60,430 nucleotides of DNA, filler included, from Sphacelaria rigidula (GCA_964200075.2; 8 parts of 8 records of this genome joined end to end with filler, not necessarily neighbours in it), one strand, 5' to 3'. Shown: positions 1 through 11,760, numbered from the whole stretch's first letter. The notes: generated by a model from the letters alone, not told the origin. Translations and numbers: made by a program.

Positions 1-60
1 GGGTTTTCGCCGGACCAGGCTTGCACTCAAACCACCAAGCGCGAAGCGCCGTGGTGTGTT
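1..60 (+). repeat. Fragment of the ~570-bp dispersed repeat fused to the protease codons
   Basis: Aligns with ~13423-13482 and ~30326-30385 (ccggaccaggct...aagcgcgaagcg..gtggtgtgt). Confidence 0.85.
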
Positions 61-2755
61 GGACACCGGGGCGGGGGGGGGTAGCTATGCATCAAAGCAG
101 TGGTGGAAGTCTTTGGTGATTTGGGGGAACATATCGGGCAAACTACAACGGCAAGGGGCAGGATTCCTGAGGGCAGCAAACCCTAGTGACAGCAGGATGC
201 CGCCGATGAAGATTTTGGGGTCAGCGGTAATTCTGATTCGGTTCCATCCAAATGATAGAATAAGGAAGGTATGGGTTAGGGTGGTCGATGGATTGCCGTA
301 CGGGTTCATATTGGGGGCAAGTTTCTTTAGAAGGAACAAGAGCACACTGTCTTTTGAGGGTCAGTCGGGGTTCCGACCATCACCGGAGGCCCCGTGGGTG
401 AGATTCGTGTCTAATGGCTCACCAAAACTCGGAGCCGTTAACGACGATCGCCTCACTGGACAGGGAGACTCGGCAGGGTGGGATCTCTTTTGTGCTGTCA
501 AGCCGAGAGCGCTCAGCGATGACCCGACGGGGGTGTTGTCGAGAGAGAGCGACCTGGCAGAATAGGATGAGGTATGGAAGAGCCTTGGAGCGGCGTGGGA
601 GGACGACGCTACACTTCAGTGACATCTAAGGCTGACGGAGGACGCACGATTGGAAGGCTTCGTTGGCAAGCTAGTCCCAGGCTACGTGCGAGGTCCTCAA
701 CCGCAGGAACGCCAACTCGTGTTGATCGAACCTCGAAAGTTGTTCGATTTAGATGAGGAAGCTGAGATAGGGGTAGCTAGGGGAGTGCAGCGATGGGATC
801 CACAGCTACCGTTGGTATGTAAGGTGGTCAACACGGCCAAGAATGCTCGCCTAGTGAAGAAGGGTATTATAGTGGCGGAAGTTGTGGCCGTGAATGTCCG
901 AGATCGCGAGCGGTCGCAGAATCTGTACGTGTCCGACTCGGGCACCACGCTCAAGTCGAAGCTGGAGGATCGAGGGACTGCGCCATCCCCTCCCCAACCG
1001 TCGCCGGAACCGCAGGAAGGGGAAGAAGAGGACACAACGGAAGCCACAGGAGTAGATCTCACGGAAGCGAACATGGGTCAGTTGGGTCGGGCGCAGAAGA
1101 CACAGCTGTTGTCCATCTTAGGAGACTTCAACGAAACAGGACTTTTTGCGGTGGACCCCAAGAAGGTGAAAGCCGCGCGTGGGGAACCGTTACGTCTACG
1201 AATGAAACATCCCCGCTGCAAGCCATTCGCTGCCGGTACCAGACGGTACTCACCAGAACAGGAAACAGCTATACAAGACGAAGTTCAGAAACTCGCCGAG
1301 CGGGGGGTCATTGAGCCGTCGACGTCCGCATGGGCAGCCGCTTGCGTCACGGTGCGGAAGAAGGACGGTGGTTTACGGTTGTGTCAGGATTATCGTGGAC
1401 TAAACGAACTCCTCGAGTCGTATAGCGGTGGTTTGGGGGATATGCAGACCATGTATAATGGCCTGGCGGGATCCAAGTACGTTACGAGTGTGGATTTAGC
1501 GAGCGGATTTTCCCAGTTGGACGTGGCGAAGGAGGACCGACACCTCACCGCCTTTCGCGACGCGCGGGGGCACTTATGGCAATATCAGCGTTGTGGATTC
1601 GGACTCAAGGTTTTACCCGCGACATTTCACCGAACAGTATCCGAAGCGTTGTTGCCAGCGCGGGGTGTCAAGAATTGCTTGGATGATATCTTGTGGCCTA
1701 GCGCAACTTTCGCCGGCCACACGACGGGGTTGAGGGTTGTGCTCTATTGCTTGCTGAAGGCAGGCCTCACTGTGAATTTCCAGAAATCACAGTGGTGTAC
1801 CCAGTAACAGGACTTCGTGGGGATGACGATCGATGCGTCGGGAATACGATCTTCTCAGTCTAAGATCGAGGCGATCGCTCAGTTGAGGGAGCCGCAGAGG
1901 GTAGAAGAGCTAAGGTCGTTCTTAGATATGACCAGATATCTGCGGAGGTACATAAAAGGGTGCAGCAATATGGCGGCACCACTCACAGACTTGCTGAGGG
2001 ACCCACGATTCGCCTGCAAGCGAGCCCGGAGGATGGAGATCCCGTGGGGGGACGAACAGCAACAGGCATACCTCGACTTGAACAGCGCTCTGATGTCGTA
2101 TCCGATCTTAGTGTACCTGGATTGGAATTAACAATTCGTGGTACACTCAGACGCTTCAGAGTTCGCAGCAGGGGCCGCCCTGGCCCAAGAGGCAGATGAG
2201 AGGGAGTGGATCATCGAATACGCTAGCCATAGATGGTCTCGAGCGGATGAAGAAAGATCAGCATCAGAGAGGGAAGTAGTCACTGTTCTGTGGTCCGTAG
2301 AGCGATTCAGATCATATCTATGGGGGCGAGAGTTTACGCTAGTCACGGATTGCAGTGCGTTGACATGGTTGTTTCGTAGTCAAAACTTGTCGCCTGAGTT
2401 CCACCGGTGGGCGCTGAGATTGATGGAGTATGATATGGTCCTCAAGTGGCGAGCTGGACGCGAACACCAGTTGCCAGACGCTCTGTCTAGGCTGCAAGGG
2501 AGCCAGCCCAGGGGAAGTGACATTGACGTGTCATTCCCTGACGATGATACCGAAGCGGGACCAGGCGGAGGGGGAGGACCACAAGGACCCAAACTGGATG
2601 GGATGTTGCTGAAGGAACTGGAGGCTGAGTACCTGGAAGAATCCGCAGACCTAATGGCATTGGCGTTGGAGGAAGCCAACGCGTGGTATCCACCGGAAAC
2701 GGGTGAAGGAGTTATCATTGACTCCGAAGACCATATGACCGGACCGGTTAAGCAA

Positions 2756-3650
2756 CGACCTCCTGCGTTGATTGTCCATTGTGGAGGCGGGGGCAACATC
2801 CTGGCCGCGGAGAAGTTTTTGGAGGTAGTAGCAGCCACCGATGCAGATTGGAAAGCGTTGGATTGTGTTAGGGTGAACCAGATTGGAAAGGGAGTCAGGT
2901 TGGTACGTACGACTCCGGGGCGCCCTTCTTTCCACAACTCGATGGAGGAGGCACAACCAGAAGTGTTGGTAGGAGATACGAGTAGGGTTCCCCCCGTTGA
3001 TAAAGGTGCGGGGGAGTCGGAATCCGTAGAAGGTGCCCGAGAATTGATCGAGTCGTTCCTCTCCTTAGAGTCAGCGACAACTCTGATCTTGGAGAGTACA
3101 GATGTAAAGGTGCATTCTCCAGGCTGGGAGAAGAGCGTGACTCCGCTGCTGAGCAGAGCCGGCTGCTGAGTCGAGCAGGCATCCGTCTCCGCCCTGCAAG
3201 GGGGCGCTCCGTATCGGAAGAAACGAACCTATGTGGTCGCTCTGAAGGCAGATCAGCAAGGAGGAAAACCACTGCGCGCGTGGAAACAACGGGTGAAAGC
3301 ATACGCTGTTATCTGCCCCCCGCTGGGTCAGCTATTGGGGTGGACTGGAACCTATTTCTTGGAGCCGACAGAGCAAGGCAAGGCTATTCACCGTTTCGAG
3401 GATCCGTTGCCTAGGTTAACTCGTCCTCGGCTGACGAGAGGGAAACCGCGGCGCGAGGAATTCACACCCCACAAGGCGGATGCAGGGGTATGGGAGGAAG
3501 CGGTAGAGTTAGAAAGAGTCGATTTTGTGAAAGTCGCGACCACCCTCGACTATTACGAGACCCCACCCACGGTAAACCCCGATACGATGCCAGATATTGT
3601 AGCTGATTTCGCTCATCCGTGGATGATGGGGGCGGTTTTATCGAGCTTGG
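2756..3650 (+). other. C5 cytosine DNA methyltransferase-like domain inside pol (catalytic motifs degenerate)
   Basis: Motifs in canonical order: I ALIVHCGGGG; II VVAATDADWKALDCVRVN; IV PEVLVGD (no PC); VI TLILES (no ENV); VII-VIII LLSRAGC*VEQASVSALQGGAPYRKKRTYVVAL; EDPLPRLT; IX-X LERVDFVKV...IVADFAHPWMMGAVL. Recognised by eye; no HMM was run. Confidence 0.75.
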
Positions 3651-5253
3651 AAGTGGAAGGGTTGTTGAGTTTGACTCAGAGTCGGAGCGAGGACGTGGGC
3701 CTATTTGCGCTCGCAGCGATGTGGCCCCATGAGGATGAGTCGCCAGAAACATGGGGAGCCGCAGTAACTCGCTCGTCGGTTCCCGCGGCAGAACATAAGT
3801 CGGACCAAGACTATGGTGGGGGGAGGCTTCAGCTGAGGAGCTGATATCAGGTACAGGTAACCCTAGAACCGTCCTCGAACAGGCGAAGGCAATCTTGATG
3901 GACAACACGCAACTCGCTTTATTACAAGGACGGTACTCCCGCCTTGGACCCATCAAGGATCGGTTGAAGGGAAGGCCTAAGGACGAAGGAGTTGGTAAGA
4001 AGCGGAATGCGTACGTGCTAGATGAGAATAATCTGTTATGGTACACTTCCCTTAAAGAGCCAGCCAAATTAGCTATCCCACGCAGTATAGTGCCAGGCCT
4101 GCTTGCGTGGGTACACACTATGCACGGGCATGCTGGGGTTATGAGGACGACTGCGGTAGTCAACGCACGGTATGAATGGCCTGGTCTTTGTGCCGATACC
4201 CGCAAATACGTGTTGTCGTGTGAATGTCGCCGGCGCAAGCGTACCAACAGTCACACCTTAGCGTTGCGACCCGCACGATTCCTGCGTGCATGGGAAGTGT
4301 TAGAGATGGATATATCAGACATGAAGCAAGTTTCCGCCTCAGGTAACTGGTACTTGCTGATCATCGTGAATCGAGCAACCAAGTTTCTCTTTGCTACTCC
4401 ACTGGCTGCCAAGCTCACGGTGCCCGTCGCGAAATGTCTGTTGAAGCTTTTCTTGACGTTCGGGGTACCCTATTTTCTAAAAAGTGACACTGGGGGGGAA
4501 TTCACGTCGGAGGTAGTGAACCATTCATGCCGGTGGATGAAGGTGAAGCTGGATCATGGTCCGGCAGAGCACCCTTGCGGTCAAGGCGCGGTGGAAAGGT
4601 ACGGTGGATGGTTGCACGACGTTTTAGCCGAACTCTGTAAGCAATGGCCGGAAAGGTGGGATGAGTATGTAGGCCCCGCTGTGTGGATTCACCGTACTAC
4701 TCCCGATCCAGCATTGCCTAATAGCCCGACTCCATTTAAGCTGCTTTTTGGGCGCGAGCCACGCACCCAATTAGACACGGTGTCACCCGAGGCGGAATGT
4801 CCACCGTTGAATAACACGGTGGAACAACAACGCCAGAACTTGAAGGAATTTCACGAGCTGTTGACCCAACACCACAAGAAAAGGGAGGAAGTACGGTTGG
4901 CTCGAAACGCCGAGTTAGCCCGCCAGTCAGCAGGGTCGCGAGCTCAGGTAGGGGATCTAGTGTTGGTAAAAGAGTCCGACAGCTCCCTCGTACACGAAAA
5001 TGTGCCAGCTAAACTAGTGCACGACTTGTGGACGGGGCCATGGGAGATAAAGCAAGTGGTGATACCCGGTCTCAGCCTTAAGGTCAGTATGTAAGGGCGT
5101 AAGGTACGGGAACGGACGGTCTCGGCAGCCAATGTGAAGAAATTTCATGTGCGCCCTGAACAGCTGCGGCATCCGTTTCCGGACGAATATTCTCAGTTAG
5201 CGTGGGGGGCTGATTTGGGGTTAGCTGAGGAGATCACGACCGTTCCGCAACTG

Positions 5254-5664
5254 TACACATTGACAGATAGGAAAGTGGTGTTAAAATCAGGATCGTCCTG
5301 GGAGTGGGCCTATCGAGGGTTATTTCATGACGGAACCGAGTCTCACTGGCTTTCAGAGGAGGAAGTTTTGGACAGTTTCACTGGGCTACAGTTGGACGTT
5401 TTTCATGCTTTGAGGGAACTATATAACCCGCAAACCAAACTACGCCCATCCGTTAACCCATCTCGAGCGGAAAGAGACTCTTTTGCTCGGGATGAAGCTT
5501 TACGACTCATTTCTCGAGGGACCAGAATACGTAAACAGTTTGTGGACAACCAAGGTGAGCGGCAGGAGTTCAACGGGGAAGTGTTCGACTTCCGTCAGCC
5601 GTATTACCGTATCAAGTATGAGGATGGGGATTGGGAAGAGATGACGCCGTCGGAGGTGCGCAAA
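5254..5664 (+). other. Integrase C-terminal chromodomain-like (~5254-5403) and Tudor-like (~5518-5664) modules
   Basis: YTLTDRKVV...WEWAYRGLFHDGTESHWLSEEEV resembles a chromo fold. GTRIRKQF...FNGEVFDF..PYYRIKYEDGDWEEMT matches the G-x-x-V-x-K-x-F...Y-x-V-x-Y-E-D-G-D-x-E-E Tudor-like pattern. Confidence 0.65.
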
Positions 5665-5720
5665 AATGCGGTGAAGGAACAGGGTACCAGAGCCGCTTCA
5701 GGATCTAATTAATGGGGAAA

Positions 5721-5874
5721 AGGGATCGTTCTGCACGGTGTTCAAATTCCCTACATGGTCTAACCCGGCAGAGCGGTCAACAAGATCAAGGACTCCTCCG
5801 GACTGGAAGGGATCGTCCTGCACGGTGTTTAAATTCCCTACGTGGTCTAACCCGGCAGAACGATTATCAAGATC
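5721..5874 (+). repeat. Two-copy direct repeat (~66 bp, period 88) in retroelement 3' UTR
   Basis: gggatcgt(t/c)ctgcacggtgtt(c/t)aaattccctac(a/g)tggtctaacccggcaga at 5721 and 5809. Confidence 0.85.
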
Positions 5875-5984
5875 GACGGCTACACCCCGACGCTGAGCAC
5901 TCGGAAGAGGGACATGGTAACGCGGCGATCCATCGTGTGAATCACGTCAGTCCCAGGGTTTTCAATCCTAGGACTGAGGGCGGG

Positions 5985-6604
5985 TGTTACGGATCGCGGC
6001 GTGATGCAGTGGAAAGGGGGACAGTACAATGATGGGCCGTTGATTTGTAACGAAGATACGCGCCCGGAGGGCTGATCGCGGGAACCGGCTAGTACCTACG
6101 GTCAAGGGCGAGGATGTTAGGTAATCCGTCAAGATACAGAGTACGTAAACATGCCTCTTACATCTGGTTGAATCCGATTCTTTCTAAGAATTAGTGCAAT
6201 GCTATGATGCCCTGGTGTTCAGAACTTCTCGAGGAGGCTCTGATTTCAACACTACCAAGGAACGAAAGGAATCGAATCACCTGAAGCTGTGAACAAGGAT
6301 ATCCTGACGATCGAAGTGTACTGTACTGCGTTGGACTGTCTCCCTACGTGCTGTGAGCCTACGATTGTTACAAGAATAACGGTGAGACGGTTTGGAGCTC
6401 GAGTACTTTATGAACAGATGTGAAAGGATCGACCTGCAGTAAATAAATATGAACAAACTCATGCACAAATGGATGACAGTCAAAGAATAAGTAGAATAAA
6501 AGGTTCCACCCGAAATAGTGAAATTTCGTACTCGTTGACCGAAGTCTTGTTACTTGCCTAGCTCAGTGATCAACCTGCACTGTAGAGTTAAGCAAATGCT
6601 GACA
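5985..6604 (+). repeat. Putative 3' LTR
   Basis: Starts TGTTAC right after the polypurine tract and contains AATAAA signals (~6452, ~6495). The end at ...CTGACA 6604 is tentative because no 5' LTR is available for comparison. Confidence 0.55.
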
Positions 6605-7467
6605 ACGACTGGAGACTGCCGTTTTTTTGTATCAGTACAGCAGAACAGCAGTACATACCAATAGTCTACAACTTTACATGCAGCAACATTTATGCTCCGC
6701 TGTTCATCTGCTCCCCCCTGTCACAGCGATGCCGACCGCGACAGAAATAACAGTGCGCGCAGAGAGCAGAGAGCTTCGATGAGGTGTGTTCTTGCTTCAA
6801 CTTTAAACGTAGACTCATGCTATGCGTACAGCAGTACCTACTCTTTTATTTTGTACCCGAGCTACAGTGTACTTTCAAACACATGATGATGGCTAAACAG
6901 CGCTTGTTTCCTTTTCCCATAATAAGCTGCAACGTTGATGCTCATGGCCGGATACTGCTGTATCAGAGAGCTTCGATGAGGTGTGTTTTCAAATTACCAT
7001 GCTGTGCTACACAGTCGTACTGCAGTACAGCAGTACAGCAGTACAGCAGTACATACCATAGATAGACAATAGTCTACAACTTTCGACTAACAACTCTCGC
7101 ACACTCTCCCATCCTCTCTTCCTCCTGCTTCGTGTCTTCGCCAACTTACACTGCTATGAAGGAACTACCTACTACGCACAAGCCCCCAGCTCAAGATCAA
7201 CCTCAGCACCAACGTCGTCTCCTGCCTACGACATTCTTCAACTTCGCCTCTCGTAAATTGCAGAGCACAATTCCTGTACGGAGTTCTCCTCTCATACAGC
7301 GCGTGTCTGATGGCTTTTGTGCCTTCTGTCCTTCGCTTGCAAGTTTGTAAGTACGTACCCGGATATCTTGCACGGGGTTCGCGTCTCCTGCAGCAGGCAC
7401 CTGCAAACAGCCGATCCTAATTTTTGGGGTTGAAACATAAAATGAGGTTGAAGTTCCATCCCTCCAT

Positions 7468-7567
7468 NNNNNNNNNNNNNNNNNNNNNNNNNNNNNNNNN
7501 NNNNNNNNNNNTTAATTAATTAANNNNNNNNNNNNNNNNNNNNNNNNNNNNNNNNNNNNNNNNNNNN
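7468..7567. other. Artificial scaffold spacer (also 15035-15134, 22601-22700, 30167-30266, 37733-37832, 45299-45398, 52865-52964)
   Basis: 100-nt N blocks with central TTAATTAATTAA (stops in six frames), separating sequence blocks of 7467, 7467, then 7466 nt. Confidence 0.98.
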
Positions 7568-8419
7568 TGCACCCGGGTGAACATATAATTTTTCTGCTTC
7601 GCGGACGGTAGGGTAGAGTTCAAGGGCATGCCGAGTAGAGTATGTACTTTTGAGTATGCTCCTGCTCGACGAACGCACACAGGAGAACTATTATATTGCC
7701 CCTAACATCCTCCTTGGAGGAAAAAAACAAACGAACGACTATTTTTAATATTACCTTCACACTAACTACAAGGCCGGAGCGTGTTCGCCATTTTTGAGTG
7801 GTGTGCTTTGAGCCGAAATGCACCCACTGGGTTGTAGCCCTTTACAGGGCACATGCCGCGCTCAGCAGGAAAAAGTCGGACTATGGCCTATTATTTCTTC
7901 TGCAGGTTTTGAGGGTCGGCTTGAAATGCACGTGGAAATAAGGATCAACCCCGGAGTGATGCTGCGGTAGGGTCTGCACTTTTGGGGCCAAAACCGGCCT
8001 GAGAGCCACGAGAGTAATGTTCCATCGAGAACATTGTGACCTCCGCCCGAACCTCAGACTGGAATTATCTCATGGGTCATGGATGCATGTTCCACCCTGA
8101 GGCTCTTAGAACTGTGGTGAGAGTCAAAGGTGATTCGACATGCCTAAATCCCGATTTCCTCTCACGCCGCAAAAGCGCAGACCCTATCGCAGCATCACTC
8201 CCCGGAATGTCTCACTGGTGCGGAGGTGTATGTGGCGTCTGAACAGGAATAGCGTTACCTTCACGCACGATTTCTCCCTGTCAAGGATGTAGTCTAAAAT
8301 CAAGTGTATCCCAAGAAACGAACGAAAAGGGGCGATGGTTCAGGATGCTTAGTAGAGTGTCGCCAAACACCCCGGACACTTTTCGTAGGCTAGCAACCCC
8401 CCCGCCTTTGGCACCCCTA

Positions 8420-8722
8420 CACACGCAGCCATTTGGCTACCCCCCAAAATGCCTCCGGGGGAATGCGCGGCCCTTCAGAGGCAAGACAAGCCTCCGCAGG
8501 CCTTCAATCCCTCTGGAGGAAATCAAACACTACCGGCCTGGAGGGCCGCGCACCCCTACGGAGGCAAAAACAAGCGTCCCGGTGCGTTTAATCTCTCTGG
8601 AGACAACAAAAAGTATTCCTTTGAAGGGCCGCGCACCCCTCCAGAGGCATTCAGTTCCTCTGGAGGCTCGAAAAGTTTACCGCCCTGGAGGAATTTTGGG
8701 GATAGCCAAATGGCCGCGTGTC
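8420..8722. mobile_element. MITE with TIR acacgc(a/g)gccatttggcta, TA flanks, internal ctggagg/cctccag subrepeats
   Basis: Left cacacgcagccatttggctac, right tagccaaatggccgcgtgtc; TA on both sides; homologous copy at 23090-23440. Confidence 0.75.
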
Positions 8723-8905
8723 TAACGCTCATCACGTTAGCTGTGGGGCTGGAAGCCCATATTTGCTTATACTTTGTACTTCTTAGTTACGGTTAAGGTC
8801 GTTTTCGCTTCTCGCAATTTCGTTCTGAATCACCACCCGTGCGAGAACAGTGGCGTTGGTACCTGCGGCGGTACTGCCACGTGCGTCAGCCGTGGCTTAC
8901 CACTA

Positions 8906-8906
<1 letters not shown>

Positions 8907-8977
<71 letters not shown>
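8907..8977. repeat. (TAT)n microsatellite
   Basis: Perfect ATT/TAT run; source of the poly-Ile ORFs. Confidence 0.97.
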
Positions 8978-11520
8978 TGTGTTCGCTTGTATAATAGCCC
9001 ATATATATGCTTGGACCTGTGATTCTGGGCAACAAATTTTGCAATCACCGTGGTCAACCATGCTCAGACCCGCGATCCCCTGACCTTGATACTAATACCA
9101 GCATAGCATTGAGGCATGTGGCTGCGACGTTGTAATTTTCACGTGAGTGTTGTATTCAGACCTGCGATCGAAACTCATTGTGTGTGATTGATCGTGATGC
9201 GGTGACCAATGTAATGGATGATGTGGCAATAACAGCACAGGTGATAGTAACTGCGTAAGGAGTGGCAACGGGTGGGAGTGAAGGGGGTCCGCAGTGTAGG
9301 GATGATGGACTGCTGCGTAAATCGGGTCGATCTTCCCTCAGAGTTCCTGTGTAGCCCGGATGTTTCATCAGGCTCCAGAATCGGCATGATATGTTATTTT
9401 AGAGCGTTTTATAGATATGAATTTCGCCATGTATCAAATATCAAATTCAAGCACCAGAATTGACCCAATATCATGATTCATATCGTGGTGTATCGACACA
9501 TGAAAATGGACTGACAGCCTGGTCGGTACAGGCTAGCGCAGCAGGCAGAGCACGAAGACCCCACGCGCTTTGCGTGGCTTTTCATCGCGTCCTGACGAGG
9601 CAACCGGGACCGAGCGGCATCTGTTCGGTGGCAATCGTCGGAGCTCTCTGGGGAACTGATTGTCGCAAGTCCCAGCCTGCTTCCGTTCTCGCGGCACGAT
9701 TCCAGCTTGATACGAAGAACACCCGGGCACACATACACGCACGCACGCACGCACGCACGCACACACATACATACATACATGGATCAGCTTACACCACAGA
9801 CGCAGTTTACCTTGGCCACTGTCCCGAAACTACCTCCATCACCGGGAAAACGTGAATCGCGGTTAGCTTTGCAAGCACGATACTCGTGTCTTCAGTGCAG
9901 AGCCAACAGTGTATTCGGGACGGGACGGGACGGCATCGCTGCCTGTTGGGGTCAGCAGGCGCTCTCCGGGGGAGATGACTGTCCTCCGTCCCATCTTGTC
10001 CCTGTCCTAGCCGAAAAATCCCAACTCGATATGCAACCCACCCGCCCAAGCAACGAGTCCTCGCACTCGGGAGGCAGAAAGTTTTGGTGAATGACCTCTA
10101 TGTGGACTCTTCACTGTCGGATCTGCAACAAGCACAACAGCGGAGCGTCGACTGTAGCACCGGTTGTTGAAACCCCGTCCCAGCTATGTGGTGGTGAAAG
10201 CCGAGTGATACGACGGACGCTGCGGTTGGCGGTCCAGTGCAGGTGGCGGTACTGTTGCGTACTCGACCTTGGAGCACAATCTGTCATCTGCGCGTGTGCT
10301 CGGTGCTCCTCGATCTACATCGGCTGGTGTCGAGGGCCTCACAATGACGTCTTCTCCACGATAGTGCTTGTGCTTGTCCGCTTTTTTCACCGTCATATCA
10401 CTTTGGGATCATTTTTTTCTGTTTACAGGATGGTTGCCATATGCGATAGTCCAGGGTCGGTTATCACTATTGTATTCGTCACACTGATGCGGCTGTTTTT
10501 CCTTCCGCTGCTGTAATCCGGTCTGCACTGATAGCCTTGCTTACATGGTCAGGGCTATGAATGTAGCAGGCAAGGCCACCACAGAGAGAAGAAAGCCACG
10601 CGATTCGCTTCGCCGCTATCGGAGAGCGACTGCGATGCGATGTTGACCCTGGACTGCCGTATCCATCACGGGGTGTATGTTGTACAGTCCGACAAACGAT
10701 GTCAAGTTTGGTCACCGTTGAACAGGCAGTCGCGCAAGGGGTATTCGAACGGTGAAATCACATAACTCACGAAGCGGTCCGGTCCGTAAAAACGGGCAGA
10801 GATCGGGAGAACGCCGCGTGAACGTGGAAAACGTCGATTTCGTTGCCATGATTGACCTCGAGATGGGCACGTAAACAGCCCGGAGCTTTCACCACTGTGT
10901 CAGAGGACGGGTTCCGTGCATTGCTCACCCGCACGCGTGCGATCAGGATATGCGATAGGCGCAAGCCTGCCTGAATCCGTTTCCGTGGCTTGTACCCAGG
11001 CCTTGGTACGCTTGGTCATGTTTTGTACAAGACTTTCACGGGTGTCCTATCCGTCACTCTGGACTGCGCTTGCCGTACAGATGGTGTATCGTCCAACGCG
11101 GCGGTGCATGCGTTTGATTCGACGATGAAGGGGTGTGAGTATTGTGGGGCAGTGATAACAGAGTACTGCAGCGTAGTTGAGGTTGTCTTTTGCACATTTT
11201 GCAGGTACGGTTACCTACGTTCATCTAGTATTCTCGCCCAGGCGCCTACTTGTTCGTCCACCCATAGGTGTCCTCCCCAGCATGCTGTGCTATCCATATC
11301 CTAGGGTAGATGCACCGCTCTATTCCACTTCCTTTGAATCTTCTCATACTTGAGGTATACTGCATCCACAGCCATACATACAGTCAACGCACACCTCATG
11401 TTTTTCTCGCCGCCTATCTTTAAAGTACGCACGATGTCAACCATGGTACACATTCCCACCTCATCAGCGCGCCCGTACTCCTCCCCTCCCATGAACACCT
11501 GGACGCATCTACGTGATTAG

Positions 11521-11673
11521 GCATGAGATTCTGAGCAAAGGAGGACCCTCGGCAATTGTCGATCTGCTTCAGCAGTCGCCGGAAGTACTTAAAGCCGCGA
11601 CGCGCGTGCAGCAGCAACCACAGCATCGAAAGCAGCGGGGAGGACGCGGCGGGGGCAACAACGGCATGAACCG
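11521..11673 (+). CDS. Possible isolated exon of unknown protein
   Basis: ttag|G...CCG|gtacgt boundaries; open frame HEILSKGGPSAIVDLLQQSPEVLK...; partner exons not identified. Confidence 0.3.
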
Positions 11674-11760
11674 GTACGTGGTTGTTATCGGTATTGGAGA
11701 GGTGAATCTGATACGGCCGGTAATGTCGGCCAACTCCCCCCCCCCCCCCCTCCACCCCTT

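Larger units (their letters stand above)
56..5712 (+). pseudogene. pol polyprotein pseudogene
   Basis: ORFs 56, 650, 1817, 2138 and 3233 share one frame broken by single stops (563, ~620, 1805, 2129, 3167). One frameshift near the G-run at ~3815-3823 leads to the frame of ORFs 3895 and 5134, separated by one stop at 5092. Confidence 0.9.
56..6604 (+). mobile_element. Ty3/Gypsy LTR retrotransposon, 5'-truncated and decayed (PR-RT-RH-[DNMT-like]-IN-chromo-like-Tudor-like, PPT, 3' LTR)
   Basis: Gypsy domain order: protease (LDTGA...FILG), RT (PSTSAWAA, RLCQDYRGLN, VDLASGFSQL, GFGLK, CLDD for YLDD), RNase H (HSDAS, SEREV, VTDCSAL, DALSR), integrase (HHCC finger, EMDI / SDTGGEF / GAVER, WTGPW). 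Purine tract GGACTGAGGGCGGG precedes TGTTAC at 5985. Confidence 0.95.

Noticed and set aside
3462-4247. 261-aa minus-strand ORF and similar antisense ORFs over pol
   Set aside because: Shadows of the GC-rich coding strand with no recognisable motifs.
563-5094. CpG-deamination signature in pol stop codons as evidence of self-methylation
   Set aside because: Only one stop (3167) could derive from CGA, and CpG is plentiful throughout the element.
7512-7523. Periodic TTAATTAATTAA motif as a biological repeat
   Set aside because: Embedded in N runs; an assembly linker.
8440-8700. CRISPR-like spaced ctggagg repeats
   Set aside because: Short, irregular and degenerate, inside a TIR element in eukaryotic DNA; no cas genes.
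8774-9057. Poly-Ile ORFs; also the MVWYG/HTIPY ORFs near 45050-45350
   Set aside because: Translations of microsatellites.
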